From NCBI GenBank assembly GCA_033763315.1, contig JANRKS010000019.1, forward strand, positions 64,001-128,000: a stretch of 64,000 nucleotides of DNA, given 5' to 3'. Under the pieces are notes generated by a model that was not told the DNA's origin, did no database searches, and saw only the letters and a list, made by a program, of their open reading frames with translations. This DNA is from Deltaproteobacteria bacterium. Lineage in GTDB: Bacteria > Myxococcota_A > Polyangia > Fen-1088. This document shows, one piece after another, positions 1-10,319 of the stretch (position 1 is its first letter; each line of letters begins with the position of its first letter). The position numbers and the translations under genes are program-made.

Positions 1-1425
1 TTGTGTAAGGTGTTGGAGTTCATCGCTGCGGCCAACGAACAAGCGCTCCTTCGCGTGCACGTTCACCGGCGCTGGGGTCGGCGTGATGTCGTCGACGAGC
101 AACCATTTGTCACCTGCGTAAAGCACCTCGAAGCTACGCTCAAGCAGCGACGCCATGTCATCGTCAAGCGATACGGCTCCCGGTGCGGTGCTCGCGAGCC
201 GCGAGCTGGTGTCATCCAACAGTTTGCCAAGCGGCAACCCCTGTCGCACCACGGCTTTGCCCAATGACATCGACGTGCTGGCAAGTGCATTGTGACGTCG
301 CAACGCCAGCGCACAGCGGGTGGCGCTGGTGGCCAGCTCGCTTGCCGTGCCTTTGCCTTGGCACGTGATCAGCAACGTTCCATCCACCAGTTGGTTGATT
401 TGCGCGTCCAGCTGCGCAAGTGAAGCTTTGAGCGTTTCGGGCAAATCGTTGACCGGCGTGGTGCCCACGTCTTTGGTTTGATCCGGTCTGGCAAGGCTCC
501 AGTCTTTGCCCAGCGAGCGCGACGACGACATCAGCACGGCCACCACGCGTTGTTCATCCATCGACAACGAATCCGTGAAGGCCGGCATCTCGCCCGTGCG
601 GGTCGTGGCCAGGTTGGCGAACATGTGCATCAACGTCTCCGCTTCTTGCGGGCGTTGCGACGGCAGCTTGGCCATCATGCGGCCAAGCAATTCCTCAAGC
701 TTTGCAGGCACAGAAGGGCACAGGGATCGCAGCGGCTCTGGTTCGTCGATACACACCTTCGCCAGCACAGCCATGGACGTGGCTCCTCCAAAGGGCGGCG
801 CACCGGTGATGGCCTCATAAAGCACCGACCCTAAGGAAAAGAAATCTGAGCGGCCATCAATGTCAGCCAGACCGCGCGCTTGCTCAGGCGACATATAAAG
901 CGGCGTGCCAACCGCCAACTGGCTGCGATCCGTGGCGCCGGCAAGCACACGCGTAGCGATGCCGAAGTCCACCAATTTGATGTTCGTGATGAGGCCATCG
1001 CAAAGGAAGATGTTGGCGGGCTTCAAATCGCGGTGCACGATGCCGCGCCCGTGCGCCACGGCCAATGCGGAAAGGGCCTGCTCGGCCAGCACAATCGCCT
1101 CGTCGGCGGTGAGGCATTGTCTCAGCAGACGTGCCTGCAGATCTTCGCCCTGCAACCACTGCATCGCCAAGTAAGGCGAGCCCGATTCGGCGAGGCCGTG
1201 ATCCACATAACCCACGATGTGCGGGTGGCGCAGCTCGGCCAGGGTTTCGATCTCGCGTAGGAAAACCGAAGTTGCCGCAGGGTTAGGCGTCTTGAGCAGC
1301 TTCACCGCGACCAGCTCTTGCGTTAGCAAATCATGGGCGCGCCAAACGGCGCCCATGGCGCCTTGTCCGATGCATTCCTGCAGCCGGAAACGACCTCGTA
1401 AGGTGGTCCCTCCGGAATCTTCCAC
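1..1425 (-). CDS. Hanks-type Ser/Thr protein kinase fused to a probable degenerate cyclase-like region and the start of an AAA/P-loop domain; 3' end lies outside the window
   Basis: Absent from the ORF track because it has no stop in the window. Manual translation of the minus strand gives IGQGAMGAVW, VAVKLL, HRDLKPANIF, LVDFG, GTPLYMSPEQ, DFFSLG, and ends at the window edge with FVGRSDELQHL. Start GTG at 1425 is a best guess. Confidence 0.85.
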   Translation of the reverse strand, partial: MEDSGGTTLRGRFRLQECIGQGAMGAVWRAHDLLTQELVAVKLLKTPNPAATSVFLREIETLAELRHPHIVGYVDHGLAESGSPYLAMQWLQGEDLQARLLRQCLTADEAIVLAEQALSALAVAHGRGIVHRDLKPANIFLCDGLITNIKLVDFGIATRVLAGATDRSQLAVGTPLYMSPEQARGLADIDGRSDFFSLGSVLYEAITGAPPFGGATSMAVLAKVCIDEPEPLRSLCPSVPAKLEELLGRMMAKLPSQRPQEAETLMHMFANLATTRTGEMPAFTDSLSMDEQRVVAVLMSSSRSLGKDWSLARPDQTKDVGTTPVNDLPETLKASLAQLDAQINQLVDGTLLITCQGKGTASELATSATRCALALRRHNALASTSMSLGKAVVRQGLPLGKLLDDTSSRLASTAPGAVSLDDDMASLLERSFEVLYAGDKWLLVDDITPTPAPVNVHAKERLFVGRSDELQHLTQ

Positions 1426-1456
1426 GAAGACACCATCGGCCTTCGCGGCACGTCGC

Positions 1457-2239
1457 TTAAGTAGCTGTGCTCAATCGGAAAATTCGTTCCGCGTTTGATT
1501 GTAACTTACGGGCCACATCCTGGACTGGCTGGCCCCGCAGCTGTGCGAGCGCCGCCACCACATCAGACACCGCCGCGGGTTCATTGCGTTGACCCCGCAG
1601 CCGTGAGGGCGATTGATCGGGACCATCGGTTTCGGCGAGCAGTGCATGCTCGGGCACCACGGCGGCAGCCGCCAAAGGCCGCTTGGCGCGTGGCCAAGTG
1701 ACCGCGCCGGCGAACGACAACGCGAACCCCAGATCCACATACCGAGCCACGAGCGGGGGGCTGCCGCTGAAGCTGTGAATAACGCCGCCCACTTCATGCG
1801 CGCGCTCTTCCTTGAGGGCTCGCAGCACCGGTTCATGCGTTCGGAAGGCGTGAACGATGAGGGGCAGGCGCAAGTTCCGGGCGATGCGAATGTGGGCGCG
1901 GAACAGCCGATCCTGGGCTTCGATGTGGCCGGTGGGGCCGTCCAAGCCGCATTCGCCCACCGCCACCGCCTTGTGACGGACGAGCGCCGCCGATAGATCG
2001 TTGAGCGCATCCCATTCGCCCGGGGTTAAGTCCGGCACCACTTGGGGGTGAAACCCGAGCGCCAGGTGAAGGCGCACGGGCGAGGGGATCGCCATCTTCT
2101 CGATGAGCGCACCGAAGGTTGATGGGCGGATCGCCGGCACCAGCACGTCGGTTACCCCGGCCGCGGCGGCACGAGCCAGGACCGCCGCGCGATCGGCGTC
2201 GTAACTTTCGTCGTCCAGGTGGCAGTGGGTGTCGAACAC
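1457..2239 (-). CDS. tatD: TatD family metal-dependent nuclease
   Basis: DTHCH, GFHP, VGECGLD, IVH, IHSFSG and ETDGP motifs. Confidence 0.92.
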   Translation of the reverse strand: MFDTHCHLDDESYDADRAAVLARAAAAGVTDVLVPAIRPSTFGALIEKMAIPSPVRLHLALGFHPQVVPDLTPGEWDALNDLSAALVRHKAVAVGECGLDGPTGHIEAQDRLFRAHIRIARNLRLPLIVHAFRTHEPVLRALKEERAHEVGGVIHSFSGSPPLVARYVDLGFALSFAGAVTWPRAKRPLAAAAVVPEHALLAETDGPDQSPSRLRGQRNEPAAVSDVVAALAQLRGQPVQDVARKLQSNAERIFRLSTAT

Positions 2240-2360
2240 GCGGGTAGCATAAGCCGAGTTTCCAGTGGCGGCGGGGTGGGTTATGACGCGACGTGACTCA
2301 ACAGCTTTTTATCGAAGGTGCACACCTTGGCGCCTGTTGTGATATACGCACGCTTCCACA

Positions 2361-3023
2361 ATGGCCGCGGCCGCGTTTTATGACTTGGACGGCACCTTGG
2401 TGCGCACAAACTTGGTGCACGCTTTCGCGCATACAGCGCGGAATCAACAAGGGCTTTTGCGCAGCGTGACGCGCAGCGCCTCACTGGCTTTGTCAGTGCC
2501 GTTCTTTATGGCTGCCGACTTTTATAGCCGGCGTTTTTTCAACGACTTGTTCTTTACACGTTACAAGGGCGAAGAAGAGGACCGCCTGCGGTACCTCTCA
2601 GAAGAGCTCTTCGAGAACGTGCTTAAGGATTCGATTTATCCGGGGGCGTATTCGCTCATCCAAAAATCGAAAAGCCTTGGCCTACGGCAAGTGCTGGTCA
2701 CCGGCGCCCTCAACTACACGGTGGGTCCGTTGCTCAAGCACCTCGGCTTCGACGATTGCGTGTGCAATCACCTCGAGTTCGTAGACGGCGTGGCCACGGG
2801 GCGCTTAAAGCCGCCAATTATGGCCGCGGCGTCCAAGGCCAGCTGGATGCGCATCTACGCCGAAAAAGAAGGGCTGAACCTTTCTGATTGTTACGCCTAC
2901 ACCGACAGCATGAGCGATCTGCCTATGCTTTCAGTCGTCGGCCACCCCGCAGCGGTCAACCCCGACTTTCGTCTGCGCGCCACAGCTTTGCAACATGATT
3001 GGCCGGTGCTGGATTTGCGCTAA
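2361..3023 (+). CDS. elbB: HAD-IB family hydrolase/phosphatase (ElbB-like)
   Basis: DLDGT motif I, VTG motif II, K, YTDSMSD motif IV; first gene of the operon containing the ElbD-like enzyme. Confidence 0.8.
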   Translation: MAAAAFYDLDGTLVRTNLVHAFAHTARNQQGLLRSVTRSASLALSVPFFMAADFYSRRFFNDLFFTRYKGEEEDRLRYLSEELFENVLKDSIYPGAYSLIQKSKSLGLRQVLVTGALNYTVGPLLKHLGFDDCVCNHLEFVDGVATGRLKPPIMAAASKASWMRIYAEKEGLNLSDCYAYTDSMSDLPMLSVVGHPAAVNPDFRLRATALQHDWPVLDLR

Positions 3024-3094
3024 GTAGCGCAGCCCGCCGATTTTTTCCCGCCCTGCAACACCCACCGCCCGCCCCCTATCAGGACGAACCGCTG

Positions 3095-4714
3095 ATGAAA
3101 CAGCTGAAGACTTCCCGTGGTCCCGTGCCTCGTCACAAAGAGGACGACCAAGTCGTATACATCGACTCCAACTCGGCCCCCCGCATTGTTTGGGCGGGTG
3201 AAGACCTGTTGCTTGAGGACTTGCCGGTTGGCACGCGCGTGATTTATCCCAAGCCGCCCATCGAAGGCCTGGCCAACCCCGGCGCGGCGATTCGATACGC
3301 CATCAACCACCCGCTCGGTCAAGATCCGCTGTACGCCCAGTTGGCTCCTGGGATGAAGGTGACCATCGCGGTCGACGACATCAGCTTGCCGTTGCCGCCC
3401 ATGGTGACGCCTGACGTGCGGCAGACCGTGCTTGAGATCTTGCTTGAGCAGCTTGACGCCAACGGCGTTGATGACGTGCACATTATCGTGGCCACGTCGC
3501 TTCACCGCCGCATGACCGCCGCTGAAATGAAGCGGATGGTCGGCAAGAAGATTTTCGACGCGTTTTACCCTGATCGCTTCTACAACCACGATGCCGAAGA
3601 TCCCGACGGCATGGTCCACATGGGCAAGACGGAGCACAACGAGGTTGTGAACCTGTCCCGCCGTGCTGTGGAAAGCGATTTGGTGATCTACGTGAACATC
3701 AACTTGGTGCCGATGGATGGCGGCCACAAGTCGGTGACCGTGGGCCTGTGCGATTACGAAAGCTTGCGCGCCCACCACGAGCCGCACACGATTCGCCAGT
3801 CTGACAGCTACATGGATCCGAAAAAGTCAATGTTGGCCAAGAAGGTGGATCGCATGGGCGCGATCGTGGATGCCAACATGAAGGTGTTCCACATCGAAAC
3901 GGCGCTCAACAACCGGATGTTCGGCAGCCCCATGTCGTTCCTGACCAAGAACGAAGACGAGTTCACGGAAGTGGACCGCGTGAAGTTCGAGGGCACCCGC
4001 TGGGCGCTGTCGAAGATGCCACGCGCGGCGAAGCGGAAGCTATTTCATAGTGTGCCGGCACAATATCAATTGATTGCTTGCCACGCCGGCCAGACGGAAC
4101 TGGTTCACCAGAAGATCCTGGAGAAGAACTGGGAGCAATACAGCGTCAACGTGCGCGGGCAAGCCGACATCTTGATCTGTGGCGTGCCATTCATCTCGCC
4201 CTACAACATCAATTCAATCTTGAACCCACTTTTGGTTCAGGTGATGGGCTTGGGGTATTTCCACAATTTCTACCGCGGCAAACCGCTGTTGCGGCCGGGT
4301 GGGGCGCTGATCTTGTGCCACCCCGGGTACGACGAATTCGATCACGTCCAGCACCCAAGCTACATCGAGTTCTTCAATCGCTTGCTGCCCGAAACGCGTG
4401 ACGCCGAGAAGCTGCGCCACAAGTACGAAGAAGAGTTCGCAAAGAACCCGAGCTACATCGAGATGTACCGCCGGGGCAACGCGTACCACGGCGCGCACCC
4501 GTTCTTCATGTGGTACTGGGGCGAGAACGGCCGCCAGCACGTGGGCAAGGTGATTTTGGCCGGCGCTGAAAACGCGCACGTGCCCGCGATGATGGGCTGG
4601 GACCGCGCCGAATCGTTGACCGAAGCGATTTCGAACGCACGCAGTTTTATCGGGCCAGGCGCCTCGATCACGATGATGCACCACCCTCCGATCGTTATGA
4701 CCGACGTCGAATAA
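3095..4714 (+). CDS. elbC: Lactate-racemase (LarA/DUF2088) fold protein (ElbC-like)
   Basis: VDDISLP, ATSLHR, NHDAED, DGGHKS, RAHH motifs collinear with LarA N-domain motifs; ATG at 3095 preceded by AGGA; position between HAD gene and ElbD-like gene. Confidence 0.75.
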   Translation: MKQLKTSRGPVPRHKEDDQVVYIDSNSAPRIVWAGEDLLLEDLPVGTRVIYPKPPIEGLANPGAAIRYAINHPLGQDPLYAQLAPGMKVTIAVDDISLPLPPMVTPDVRQTVLEILLEQLDANGVDDVHIIVATSLHRRMTAAEMKRMVGKKIFDAFYPDRFYNHDAEDPDGMVHMGKTEHNEVVNLSRRAVESDLVIYVNINLVPMDGGHKSVTVGLCDYESLRAHHEPHTIRQSDSYMDPKKSMLAKKVDRMGAIVDANMKVFHIETALNNRMFGSPMSFLTKNEDEFTEVDRVKFEGTRWALSKMPRAAKRKLFHSVPAQYQLIACHAGQTELVHQKILEKNWEQYSVNVRGQADILICGVPFISPYNINSILNPLLVQVMGLGYFHNFYRGKPLLRPGGALILCHPGYDEFDHVQHPSYIEFFNRLLPETRDAEKLRHKYEEEFAKNPSYIEMYRRGNAYHGAHPFFMWYWGENGRQHVGKVILAGAENAHVPAMMGWDRAESLTEAISNARSFIGPGASITMMHHPPIVMTDVE

Positions 4715-4723
4715 GGCGCTTTT

Positions 4724-7700
4724 ATGGCACGCTCCCCTTCAACTCCCGCCAAGCGGCCGTCCGAGGCCGCCGCATCATCCGATCGTAAATCCTCCGTTGC
4801 CAATCTGCCGGTGAAGGCCGATCTGCTTTCGGTCAGCGAGATCTACCGTGGCCGCAAGATGTTCATCATGGGCTCCACGGGTTTCGTGGGCAAGGTGGCC
4901 TTGGGCATGCTGTTGGATCGTTTCCCCGACATCGGCCGCGTTTACGTGATGGTGCGCCGGGGCTCCGGCACCGACAGCGAAACGCGCTTTTGGAACAGCG
5001 TGGTGCCATCGCCCGTGTTCAACCCATTGCGGGAAAAGTTTGGCGGCGCTGAGGGACTCGCGAAGTTTCTGAAGGAAAAAGTGCGCGTTGTGGACGGTGA
5101 CATCACCGAGCCCAACCTCGGCATGACCGATGAACAGGCCGCCGCGGTGGCCGCCGACATCGACGTGGTGCTGAACTCATCGGGGCGTGTGACGTTCAAC
5201 CCGCCCGTTGAATCCGCCTTGCGCACAAACGTGCAAGGCACACGCAACGTGATTGCGTTCGTCAAGCGCATGAAGCGGCCCGCGCTGGTGCACGTGTCCA
5301 CCTGTTTCGTGGCGGGCAACCGTTCCGGTGAAGTGTGGGAAAGCGAAGAGCTGGACGGCTACTTTCCCAACCACAAGAAGATGCCGGGCACCAAGTTCTC
5401 GGTGGAGCAAGAGATCGTCGACAACGAGCGCATCGCTGAAGAAGTGCGCGCGCAGGCCAACGACGCGCAGATCTTGGCGCGCTTGCGCAAACAAGCCCGC
5501 GAACGTTTGTTGGATCAGGGACGCGATCCTGATGACGAAGGCACGCTGCGCTTGGCCGTCGCGCGCGAGCGCAAAGACTGGATTCGCAACGAGCTGACCC
5601 GCCGGGGCATGGAGCGCGCCGCCGAATGGGGCTGGCCCAACATCTATACGTACACCAAGAGCATGGGCGACCAGCTGGTGGCACGCGAGACCGACATCGT
5701 GCGATCCATTGTGCGTCCGGCGATCGTTGAAAGCTCGGAATCTTATCCATTTCCGGGCTGGAACGAAGGCTTCACCACTTCGGCACCGCTGGTTTATTTG
5801 GCGCTCAAGGGCAACCACATGGTGCCCACGTCCAGCAAGCTCGTGTTGGATATGGTGCCCGTGGATCACATCTGCGCGGGCATGTTGATGGTGGCGGCGC
5901 AGGCGTGCGTGGAACAGCCGGCGCTTGTGCATCAATTGGCCGCGGGCGACGTGAACGCTTGCAACATCAACCGCGTGGGCACACTAACCGGTCTTTACAA
6001 GCGGCAACGCCTGCAAGACAAAGAGATCGGCAACAAGTTCGTCAATGAACTGTTGGCCCGCATGGAAATGCGCGGCGTACCTTATGAAGAATACAAACGC
6101 TGGTCGTTTCCCACGGCCCGCAAGATTGTGGGCAAGGTTTCAACCGCGCTCGACAAGATGCGGCCCGAATGGGGCGGCGAGCGGTTCGGCGCGCTCATCG
6201 ACCGCATGAAAAAGGGCGTGGACGAGGTGATGCGTGTGACCGGCGAAGCCGAGAGCAACATCGATCTGTTCTTGCCGTTTACGCGCGACAACGAATACAT
6301 CTTCCGGTGCGACAACGTGCGCGCCATTCGTGAGCGCATGCCCGAAGCCGATCGCAAGCTGCTCAACTGGAACCCCGAGTCGCTCGATTGGTACGATTAC
6401 TTCATCAACATTCACTTCCCAGGCTTGGCGAAGTGGGTGTTGCCGGAGCTCGACGCGACGTTCGCGCCGAAGCCCAAATCGATCTACGCCTTCACCAACC
6501 TGCTGGAGCTCTTCGATACGTCGACGAAGCTCAACAGCACGCGCACGGCGATGCGCATGGATCGGGGCGATCGCGAAGAGGTTTACTCCTACGAAAACCT
6601 GCAGGAGTTGGCCGGCCGGGCGGGTGCGTTCCTGGTAGGCAACGAAGTCAAGCAGGGCGATCGCGTGATGTTGTTCGCGAAGAACGCACCCGATTGGAGC
6701 ATGGCGTACTTCGGCATCTTGAAGGCCGGCGGCACAGTGGTGCCCGTGGGCCATGAGTCGACCGTTGACGAGTTGGTGAACATCGCGCGCGCCTCAGGCG
6801 CCGTGGGCCTCATTGGCGGCGACGATTTGCTCGAAAAGCGCTCGAAATTAGGCGCGGCGCTGAAGACCGCTGAATTGCCCACACGGCTGTGGAGCATGAC
6901 GGAAGTGTTTGCGCTTACGCCGCTGGACGTTGAGGACGCGCGCAAGGCGCAGTTCCCGAAGTTATCCAACGCGGACGCTGTGGCGTCGCTGATCTTCACG
7001 TCGGGCACCACGGGCAAGCCCAAGGGGGTCATGCTCACCCACCGCAATTTGACCTTCATGGTCTCGGAATTGCTGAAGGTGTTCGAGTTCGGCGTGCACG
7101 ACGGCATGCTGTCGGTGCTGCCGTTGCACCACACATTCGAGTTCACCACGGGCCTGCTTGTGCCGCTTTCGAAGGGCGCGCAGATCAGTTACCTGAACGA
7201 GCTCACGGGCGATGCCATTTCGCGCGTGATGAAGCGCGGGCACGTGACGGCCATCGTCGGCGTGCCGGCGTTGTGGGAGCTTTTGCGGCGGCGCGTGCTG
7301 TCGCGCTTCTCCGATAAGTCGCCTGTGTTGGGCAAGGTGGTGGAAGCGCTTGTCAAAACCAACTTCGAGCTGCGTTCGCGCGTGGGCTTGAACTTGGGCG
7401 TGATGATGTTCTTCCCGGTGCACGAAGGCTTTGGTGGCCGCATCCGCTACCTCATCAGCGGCGGCTCGGCGTTGCCAGCGGATGTGCTTAAAGGCTTCTA
7501 TGGTTTGGGCTTCGACTTCTTCGAGGGCTATGGCCTGACAGAAACGGCGCCTGTTCTCACGGTCACCACGCCCAAAGGCAAACCCATCGCAGGTTCAGTG
7601 GGCAAACCGCTGGCCGGCGTGGAAGTAAAAATTGCGGATCCGGACGCGGGCGGGGTGGGCGAGGTCATCGCGCGCGGCCGCAACGTCATGGCGGGTTATT

Positions 7701-9307
7701 GGCAAGACGAACAAGCCACGGCCGAGGCCATTCAAAATGGTTGGTTCCACACGGGCGATCTCGGTCGCTTCGATGACGACGGCAACCTGTTCTTGGTGGG
7801 CCGATCCAAAGACATCATCGTCGACTCGAACGGCAAGAACGTTTACCCCGATGAGATCGAAGAGCTTTACCGCGACTTCCCTCTGATCAAGGAAATGTCA
7901 GTCGTTGGCGTTCCCGATGGCGGTGGTGAACACGTGGCCTGTGCCGTGGTTCCTGACTTCGACAAAGAGCCGCTGTTGACACCCGCAGAGGTGCGTTCAC
8001 AGATTCAAGAACACTTCCGCGTGGTGTCGCAGACGCTGCCGTTTTGGAAGCGTGTGAAGCTGCTTGAGTTTTGGGATGGCGATCTACCTCGCACCGCCAA
8101 GCGAAGCATCAAGCGCCGCGAGGTGATGGCCGAGTTGAAACGGCGCCACGAAGCTGCGTCGCAAACGGGCGAGGTGTCGAAGGGGAAAGCCGACAAATCG
8201 GGGGCCGAGTGGTTCATGGATGTGGTGGCACGCGTGGCTGGCAAATCGCGCAACGACATCAGCCTGGGCACGCGGGTGGATATGCTGGCGTTTGATAGCT
8301 TGATGTATTCCGAACTTGCATCGGCGCTTGAAGATGAAGGTGTGCACTTGCCGCCCGACACGGATTTCACGGGCGCACCGGATGTGGCAGGCTTGTTCCG
8401 CATCGTCAGCGATAGCCGTTTGTCGTCGGCTTCACCCAAGCGCAAGGCCGCGGCCAAGCGCAAGCTGTCCGTGTTGGCCAAAGAGGGTGAGATCCCCGTG
8501 CCGTCTCCGGTGGCTGATCTGGGGAAAAAAGCCCTGGGTTTGGGGCAAAAGCTGTTCTACGAACGCGCCCTCGATCCAACCATCGCGGGCGAGGCACATA
8601 TCCCGCTGAACGAAACGTTCATCGTAGCGGCGAATCACCAATCCCACCTCGACATGGGCCTCATCAAAGTGGCCTTAGGCGATGCGGGGCAGAACCTGGC
8701 GTCCTTGGCGGCGGCCGACTACTTTTTTTCGGACAAGTGGCGGCGCGCGTATTTCGAGAACTTCACCAACTTGGTCCCGATGGAGCGCGCGGGTTCTGTG
8801 CGTCAGTCGCTGGAACGCGCCGAAGAAGTTCTGCGGCGCGGGCGCAGCATGGTGATCTTCCCGGAAGGCACCCGGTCTACAACGGGCGCGATGCGCGATT
8901 TCTTGCCGAGCCTCGGCTACTTGGCGGCGCGGGCGCGCGTCGGGATCTTGCCTGCGTATGTGGATGGCACATTCGATGCGTTGCCCAAGGGCAAAACGAT
9001 TCCGCGTAAGCGCAAGGTGGCCGTGACGTTCGGGCCGTTCTTGACCGTCGATTTCATTGACGCCGTTTGCGAAGGCCTTTCGCAACAGGATGGCTGGAAG
9101 CTCACGGCCAGCTTGGTGCAAAGGATCGTGGAAGGCATCCGCGACAAACACGCGCTGCGGTTTGACGTGGCAACGGTCAAGGCGGCCTGGGATGGCCAGC
9201 GCTTGGGAGCCATCGCGGCGCCCTCGAAGAAGAAGGCCTTGGAAGCGGCGATGGCCGCGGGCCATCACCCTCACAAACACAAGAAGCACACGTCGGCGGA
9301 AAAATGA
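4724..9307 (+). CDS. elbD: Multifunctional fatty acyl-CoA reductase / acyl-adenylating / ACP / acyltransferase enzyme (ElbD-like, ether lipid biosynthesis)
   Basis: GSTGFVG and YTYTK (FAR); FTSGTTGKPKG, GYGLTE, HTGDLG (AMP-binding); FDSL (carrier Ser); NHQSHLD and FPEGTRS (PlsC-type acyltransferase); same domain order as M. xanthus ElbD. Confidence 0.9.
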   Translation: MARSPSTPAKRPSEAAASSDRKSSVANLPVKADLLSVSEIYRGRKMFIMGSTGFVGKVALGMLLDRFPDIGRVYVMVRRGSGTDSETRFWNSVVPSPVFNPLREKFGGAEGLAKFLKEKVRVVDGDITEPNLGMTDEQAAAVAADIDVVLNSSGRVTFNPPVESALRTNVQGTRNVIAFVKRMKRPALVHVSTCFVAGNRSGEVWESEELDGYFPNHKKMPGTKFSVEQEIVDNERIAEEVRAQANDAQILARLRKQARERLLDQGRDPDDEGTLRLAVARERKDWIRNELTRRGMERAAEWGWPNIYTYTKSMGDQLVARETDIVRSIVRPAIVESSESYPFPGWNEGFTTSAPLVYLALKGNHMVPTSSKLVLDMVPVDHICAGMLMVAAQACVEQPALVHQLAAGDVNACNINRVGTLTGLYKRQRLQDKEIGNKFVNELLARMEMRGVPYEEYKRWSFPTARKIVGKVSTALDKMRPEWGGERFGALIDRMKKGVDEVMRVTGEAESNIDLFLPFTRDNEYIFRCDNVRAIRERMPEADRKLLNWNPESLDWYDYFINIHFPGLAKWVLPELDATFAPKPKSIYAFTNLLELFDTSTKLNSTRTAMRMDRGDREEVYSYENLQELAGRAGAFLVGNEVKQGDRVMLFAKNAPDWSMAYFGILKAGGTVVPVGHESTVDELVNIARASGAVGLIGGDDLLEKRSKLGAALKTAELPTRLWSMTEVFALTPLDVEDARKAQFPKLSNADAVASLIFTSGTTGKPKGVMLTHRNLTFMVSELLKVFEFGVHDGMLSVLPLHHTFEFTTGLLVPLSKGAQISYLNELTGDAISRVMKRGHVTAIVGVPALWELLRRRVLSRFSDKSPVLGKVVEALVKTNFELRSRVGLNLGVMMFFPVHEGFGGRIRYLISGGSALPADVLKGFYGLGFDFFEGYGLTETAPVLTVTTPKGKPIAGSVGKPLAGVEVKIADPDAGGVGEVIARGRNVMAGYWQDEQATAEAIQNGWFHTGDLGRFDDDGNLFLVGRSKDIIVDSNGKNVYPDEIEELYRDFPLIKEMSVVGVPDGGGEHVACAVVPDFDKEPLLTPAEVRSQIQEHFRVVSQTLPFWKRVKLLEFWDGDLPRTAKRSIKRREVMAELKRRHEAASQTGEVSKGKADKSGAEWFMDVVARVAGKSRNDISLGTRVDMLAFDSLMYSELASALEDEGVHLPPDTDFTGAPDVAGLFRIVSDSRLSSASPKRKAAAKRKLSVLAKEGEIPVPSPVADLGKKALGLGQKLFYERALDPTIAGEAHIPLNETFIVAANHQSHLDMGLIKVALGDAGQNLASLAAADYFFSDKWRRAYFENFTNLVPMERAGSVRQSLERAEEVLRRGRSMVIFPEGTRSTTGAMRDFLPSLGYLAARARVGILPAYVDGTFDALPKGKTIPRKRKVAVTFGPFLTVDFIDAVCEGLSQQDGWKLTASLVQRIVEGIRDKHALRFDVATVKAAWDGQRLGAIAAPSKKKALEAAMAAGHHPHKHKKHTSAEK

Positions 9308-10311
9308 AAACGCTGGTTACAGGCGCCACGGGATTTCTGGGATCCCACTTAATCGAGAAGCTTTGCGACGCGGGCAAGCCCGAAAGCTTGCGCGTCTTAG
9401 TCCGCAAGGGGAACACGCGTTTGAAGGCGCTGGGCGTTGACGTGGTCACCGGCTCGGTCACCGAGGCCGATGATGTGGCGCGTGCGCTTGAAGGCGTGAG
9501 CCACGTGTATCACCTGGCTGGCTTTGTCTCGCGCAAGAAGGATGACGCGCACGAGATGTATAAGGTGCACGTCGAAGGCACCCGCGTTCTGTGCCGCGCG
9601 GCCGCGGAGCGCAAAATCAAACGCATCGTGATGGCGTCCACCAGCGGCACTGTTGCGGTGGCGCGCAACGAAGACGAGATGCCCACGGAAGATTCGCCCG
9701 CGCCCGTCGAGATCATCGTCCGGTGGGCTTACTACGCCAGCAAGCTGTATCAAGAAGAAGCCGCGCGCCGCGCGTGTGGCGACAAGGTGGAACTCGTGAC
9801 CGTGAACCCAAGCCTGCTGTTGGGCCCGGGTGATGATCGCCTGTCATCCACGAAAGATGTGCTGTCATTCTTGGCGCAAGAGATCCCGGTCGCGCCGGGA
9901 GGCGGCCTCAACTTTGTGGACGTGCGTGACGTGGCAGCGGCCTTGCCCGTGGCGATGGCGCAAGGTGTGGCCGGCGAGCGTTACCTGCTCGGCGGTTACA
10001 ACTGGTCTTTCGTCGAGTTCTTCGGCCGCCTAGAACGCTTGACCAAAGTGCGCGGACCGCTTGTGAAGGGCAAGGGCCGTTGGCCGTTCTACGCTTCGCA
10101 TTTGCAATCGGCGGTGTACAAAGCGTTGGGTCGCACGGCGCCCGTTGATCCCGCCAGCGTCGAGATGGGCGAGTACTTCTGGTATTTCTCGTCTGATAAA
10201 GCGCACAAGGCTCTGGGCTTCGCCCCACGCGAAGCCACAGAAACCTTGTTTGATACCGTTGCGTATTTGCGTGCCCACTTCCTGGGCGGCGCCAAGCCGC
10301 TATCGGCTTAG
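9304..10311 (+). CDS. elbE: NAD-dependent epimerase/dehydratase, extended SDR (ElbE-like)
   Basis: TGATGFLG, HLAG, YYASK (YxxxK); ATGA overlap with the upstream gene. Confidence 0.82.
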   Translation: MKTLVTGATGFLGSHLIEKLCDAGKPESLRVLVRKGNTRLKALGVDVVTGSVTEADDVARALEGVSHVYHLAGFVSRKKDDAHEMYKVHVEGTRVLCRAAAERKIKRIVMASTSGTVAVARNEDEMPTEDSPAPVEIIVRWAYYASKLYQEEAARRACGDKVELVTVNPSLLLGPGDDRLSSTKDVLSFLAQEIPVAPGGGLNFVDVRDVAAALPVAMAQGVAGERYLLGGYNWSFVEFFGRLERLTKVRGPLVKGKGRWPFYASHLQSAVYKALGRTAPVDPASVEMGEYFWYFSSDKAHKALGFAPREATETLFDTVAYLRAHFLGGAKPLSA

Positions 10312-10319
10312 GCCTCCGC

